A DNA stretch of 61,327 nt, the filler included. It is 6 parts of 6 records of this genome, joined end to end, with 100 filler letters (N's around TTAATTAATTAA, not from the genome) between each part and the next. Parts side by side here need not be neighbours in the genome. Positions count along the whole stretch, not along the records: positions 55,946 to 61,327 come from SRR31156797_8930; 5 more parts are not named here. One strand, 5' to 3'. The translations under genes were made by a program, and so were the position numbers. Of the stretch, positions 59,694 through 61,327 are shown piece after piece. The notes below the pieces were generated by a model. The model was not told the DNA's origin and made no database searches. It saw only the letters and a list, made by a program, of their open reading frames with translations. Every line of letters starts with the position of its first letter. Within the stretch, counting starts at the first letter, position 1.

Positions 59694-61327
59694 TTGAAAC
59701 TTGATCCGAAAACAATGAAAGACTGGGAGATCGCTCAGGCTGCCGAAGGAAATATGAAAAATGTGGGCCGCCTGGCGGAGGAACTGGGAGTGACTCAGCA
59801 GGAGTTACTGCCCTATGGTCACTACGTGGGTAAATTAGATTTTGTACCGGTCCTGGAGAGGTTGAAGAATCGGCCTGACGGGAAGTATATCGATGTGACG
59901 GCAATTACCCCTACTCCTCTGGGAGAGGGGAAGTCTACAACAACCATCGGATTGATCCAGGGGCTTGGAAAACTGGGGCAGAAGGTTTGCGGGGCCATCC
60001 GCCAGCCCTCCGGAGGACCAACCTTCAATATCAAGGGCTCTGCCGCCGGAGGGGGACTCTCTCAGTGCATTCCCCTGACCGAGTTCTCCCTGGGACTCAC
60101 CGGAGATATAGATGCCATCACCAATGCCCATAATCTGGCCATGACGGCTCTGACCAGCCGGATACAGCATGAGTTCAATTACTCCGATGCTTTCCTTGCG
60201 AAGAAGGGTTTAAGAAGACTGAACATCGATCCCCGCCGGGTGGAAACAGGCTGGGCTGTCGACTTCTGTGTTCAGGCTCTGCGGGAGATTGTCATAGGCC
60301 TTGGCGGAAAGATGGATGGATTTATGATGAAGAGCGGTTTTCAGATCACCGTTTCTTCGGAAGTGATGGCGATCCTTGCCGTTGCCCGGGATCTCGTTGA
60401 TATGCGTGCCCGAATGGGGCGGATTGTCCTGGCCCGTGATAAAAATGGCTCCCCTGTTACGACAGCGGATCTTGAGGTCGACGGGGCTATGACGGCGATT
60501 ATGGCCCGGGCCATCCGGCCTAATCTGATGCAGACACTCGAGGGGCAGCCAGTGCTTGTTCACGCAGGACCCTTTGCCAACATCGCCATCGGCCAGTCCT
60601 CTATCATTGCCGATCGGCTGGGTTTAAAACTGGCTGACTATCATGTGACCGAGAGCGGTTTCGGCGCTGATATCGGTTTTGAGAAGTTCTGGAATCTGAA
60701 GTGCCGATTTTCCGGTCTTAGGCCGGATGCCGCAGTTCTGGTGGCTACTGTAAGGGCTCTGAAGATGCACGGCGGTGGACCCGCGGTGAAACCGGGAAAA
60801 CCTCTGGATGCCGTCTATACACGATCGGACCCCGGGCTTGTAGAAAAGGGATGTGAAAACCTGATTGCTCATATCGAAACCGTGAAGAAAAGTGGAATTT
60901 CTCCAGTTGTCTGTATCAACCACTTCCATACCGATACCGATGAGGAGGTCGCTGTTGTCCGTCGGGCGGCTGAAGCCGCAGGAGCCAGAGTTGCCTTAAG
61001 CCGCCACTGGGAGCTTGGCGGTGAAGGTGCGGTTGAGCTGGCCGAAGCTGTTATCGAAGCCGCTGGAGAAAAGAGTGATTTTCGTTTTCTCTATGAGGAT
61101 GAGACACCCTTGAAAGAGCGGATTGACCGGATAGCCCGGGAGGTTTACGGTGCGGCTGGTGTCAGTTACACTCCTGATGCTGAGGGAAAACTACAACTTT
61201 TGTCGGAAGAAAAGGATGCCGGGAGGATGGGAACCTGCATGGTAAAAACCCATCTGAGTCTCTCTCATGATCCTATCCTCAAAGGAAGACCATCCGGATG
61301 GACTCTTCCCATCAGGGATATTCTGGA
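59694..61327 (+). CDS. fhs: Formate--tetrahydrofolate ligase (runs off window end)
   Basis: Absent from the ORF track. TTG at 59694 after GGAGG gives [18 protein letters not shown]...[20 protein letters not shown]...[19 protein letters not shown]...HAGPFANIA...[14 protein letters not shown]. Confidence 0.96.
   Translation, partial: MKLDPKTMKDWEIAQAAEGNMKNVGRLAEELGVTQQELLPYGHYVGKLDFVPVLERLKNRPDGKYIDVTAITPTPLGEGKSTTTIGLIQGLGKLGQKVCGAIRQPSGGPTFNIKGSAAGGGLSQCIPLTEFSLGLTGDIDAITNAHNLAMTALTSRIQHEFNYSDAFLAKKGLRRLNIDPRRVETGWAVDFCVQALREIVIGLGGKMDGFMMKSGFQITVSSEVMAILAVARDLVDMRARMGRIVLARDKNGSPVTTADLEVDGAMTAIMARAIRPNLMQTLEGQPVLVHAGPFANIAIGQSSIIADRLGLKLADYHVTESGFGADIGFEKFWNLKCRFSGLRPDAAVLVATVRALKMHGGGPAVKPGKPLDAVYTRSDPGLVEKGCENLIAHIETVKKSGISPVVCINHFHTDTDEEVAVVRRAAEAAGARVALSRHWELGGEGAVELAEAVIEAAGEKSDFRFLYEDETPLKERIDRIAREVYGAAGVSYTPDAEGKLQLLSEEKDAGRMGTCMVKTHLSLSHDPILKGRPSGWTLPIRDIL

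Noticed and set aside
59674-60929. Short minus-strand ORFs at the window end
   Set aside because: Antisense shadows of fhs, which runs off the window and was missed by the track.

Overview
This window is not one locus. It is six unrelated contigs joined by 100-nt artificial spacers (44 N + TTAATTAATTAA + 44 N) at 12777-12876, 26092-26191, 36783-36882, 42495-42594 and 55846-55945. Taxonomy below is inferred from gene content and style. (1) 1-12776, Desulfobacterota-like: 5' part of valS, an acidic PopZ/RomR-like protein, a divergent IHF subunit, an AOR-MoaD-DUF1847-DUF2889 operon, HAD, alpha/beta hydrolase, MFS transporter, two gene remnants and a periplasmic-binding/PAS histidine kinase. (2) 12877-26091, GC-rich, probably Alphaproteobacteria: a surface-polysaccharide cluster (capsule-synthesis-like protein, 2 methyltransferases, AsnB, GTs, gmd, fcl, flippase-like, DegT). 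(3) 26192-36782, Bacteroidota: tRNA fragment, apparently non-catalytic GH16, hydrolase-degenerate RelA/SpoT, YtxH/holin trio, cobalamin riboswitch with btuB and two BtuG-like lipoproteins, ligA. (4) 36883-42494, Bacteroidota: PorP/SprF and a C-type-lectin/PKD T9SS cargo, DHOD-like gene. (5) 42595-55845, Desulfobulbales-like housekeeping: gltA, hflKC, rhomboid, Tim44, GTs, slyD, pfk, orn, glgP. (6) 55946-61327, anaerobe: a tight operon of an uncharacterised protein, panB, non-pyrrolysine MttB, Asp/Glu-racemase family and fhs. The best candidates for undescribed biology are the operon in contig 6, the PopZ/RomR-like protein and the GH16 pseudo-enzyme. No CRISPR array, rRNA or intact mobile element was seen.
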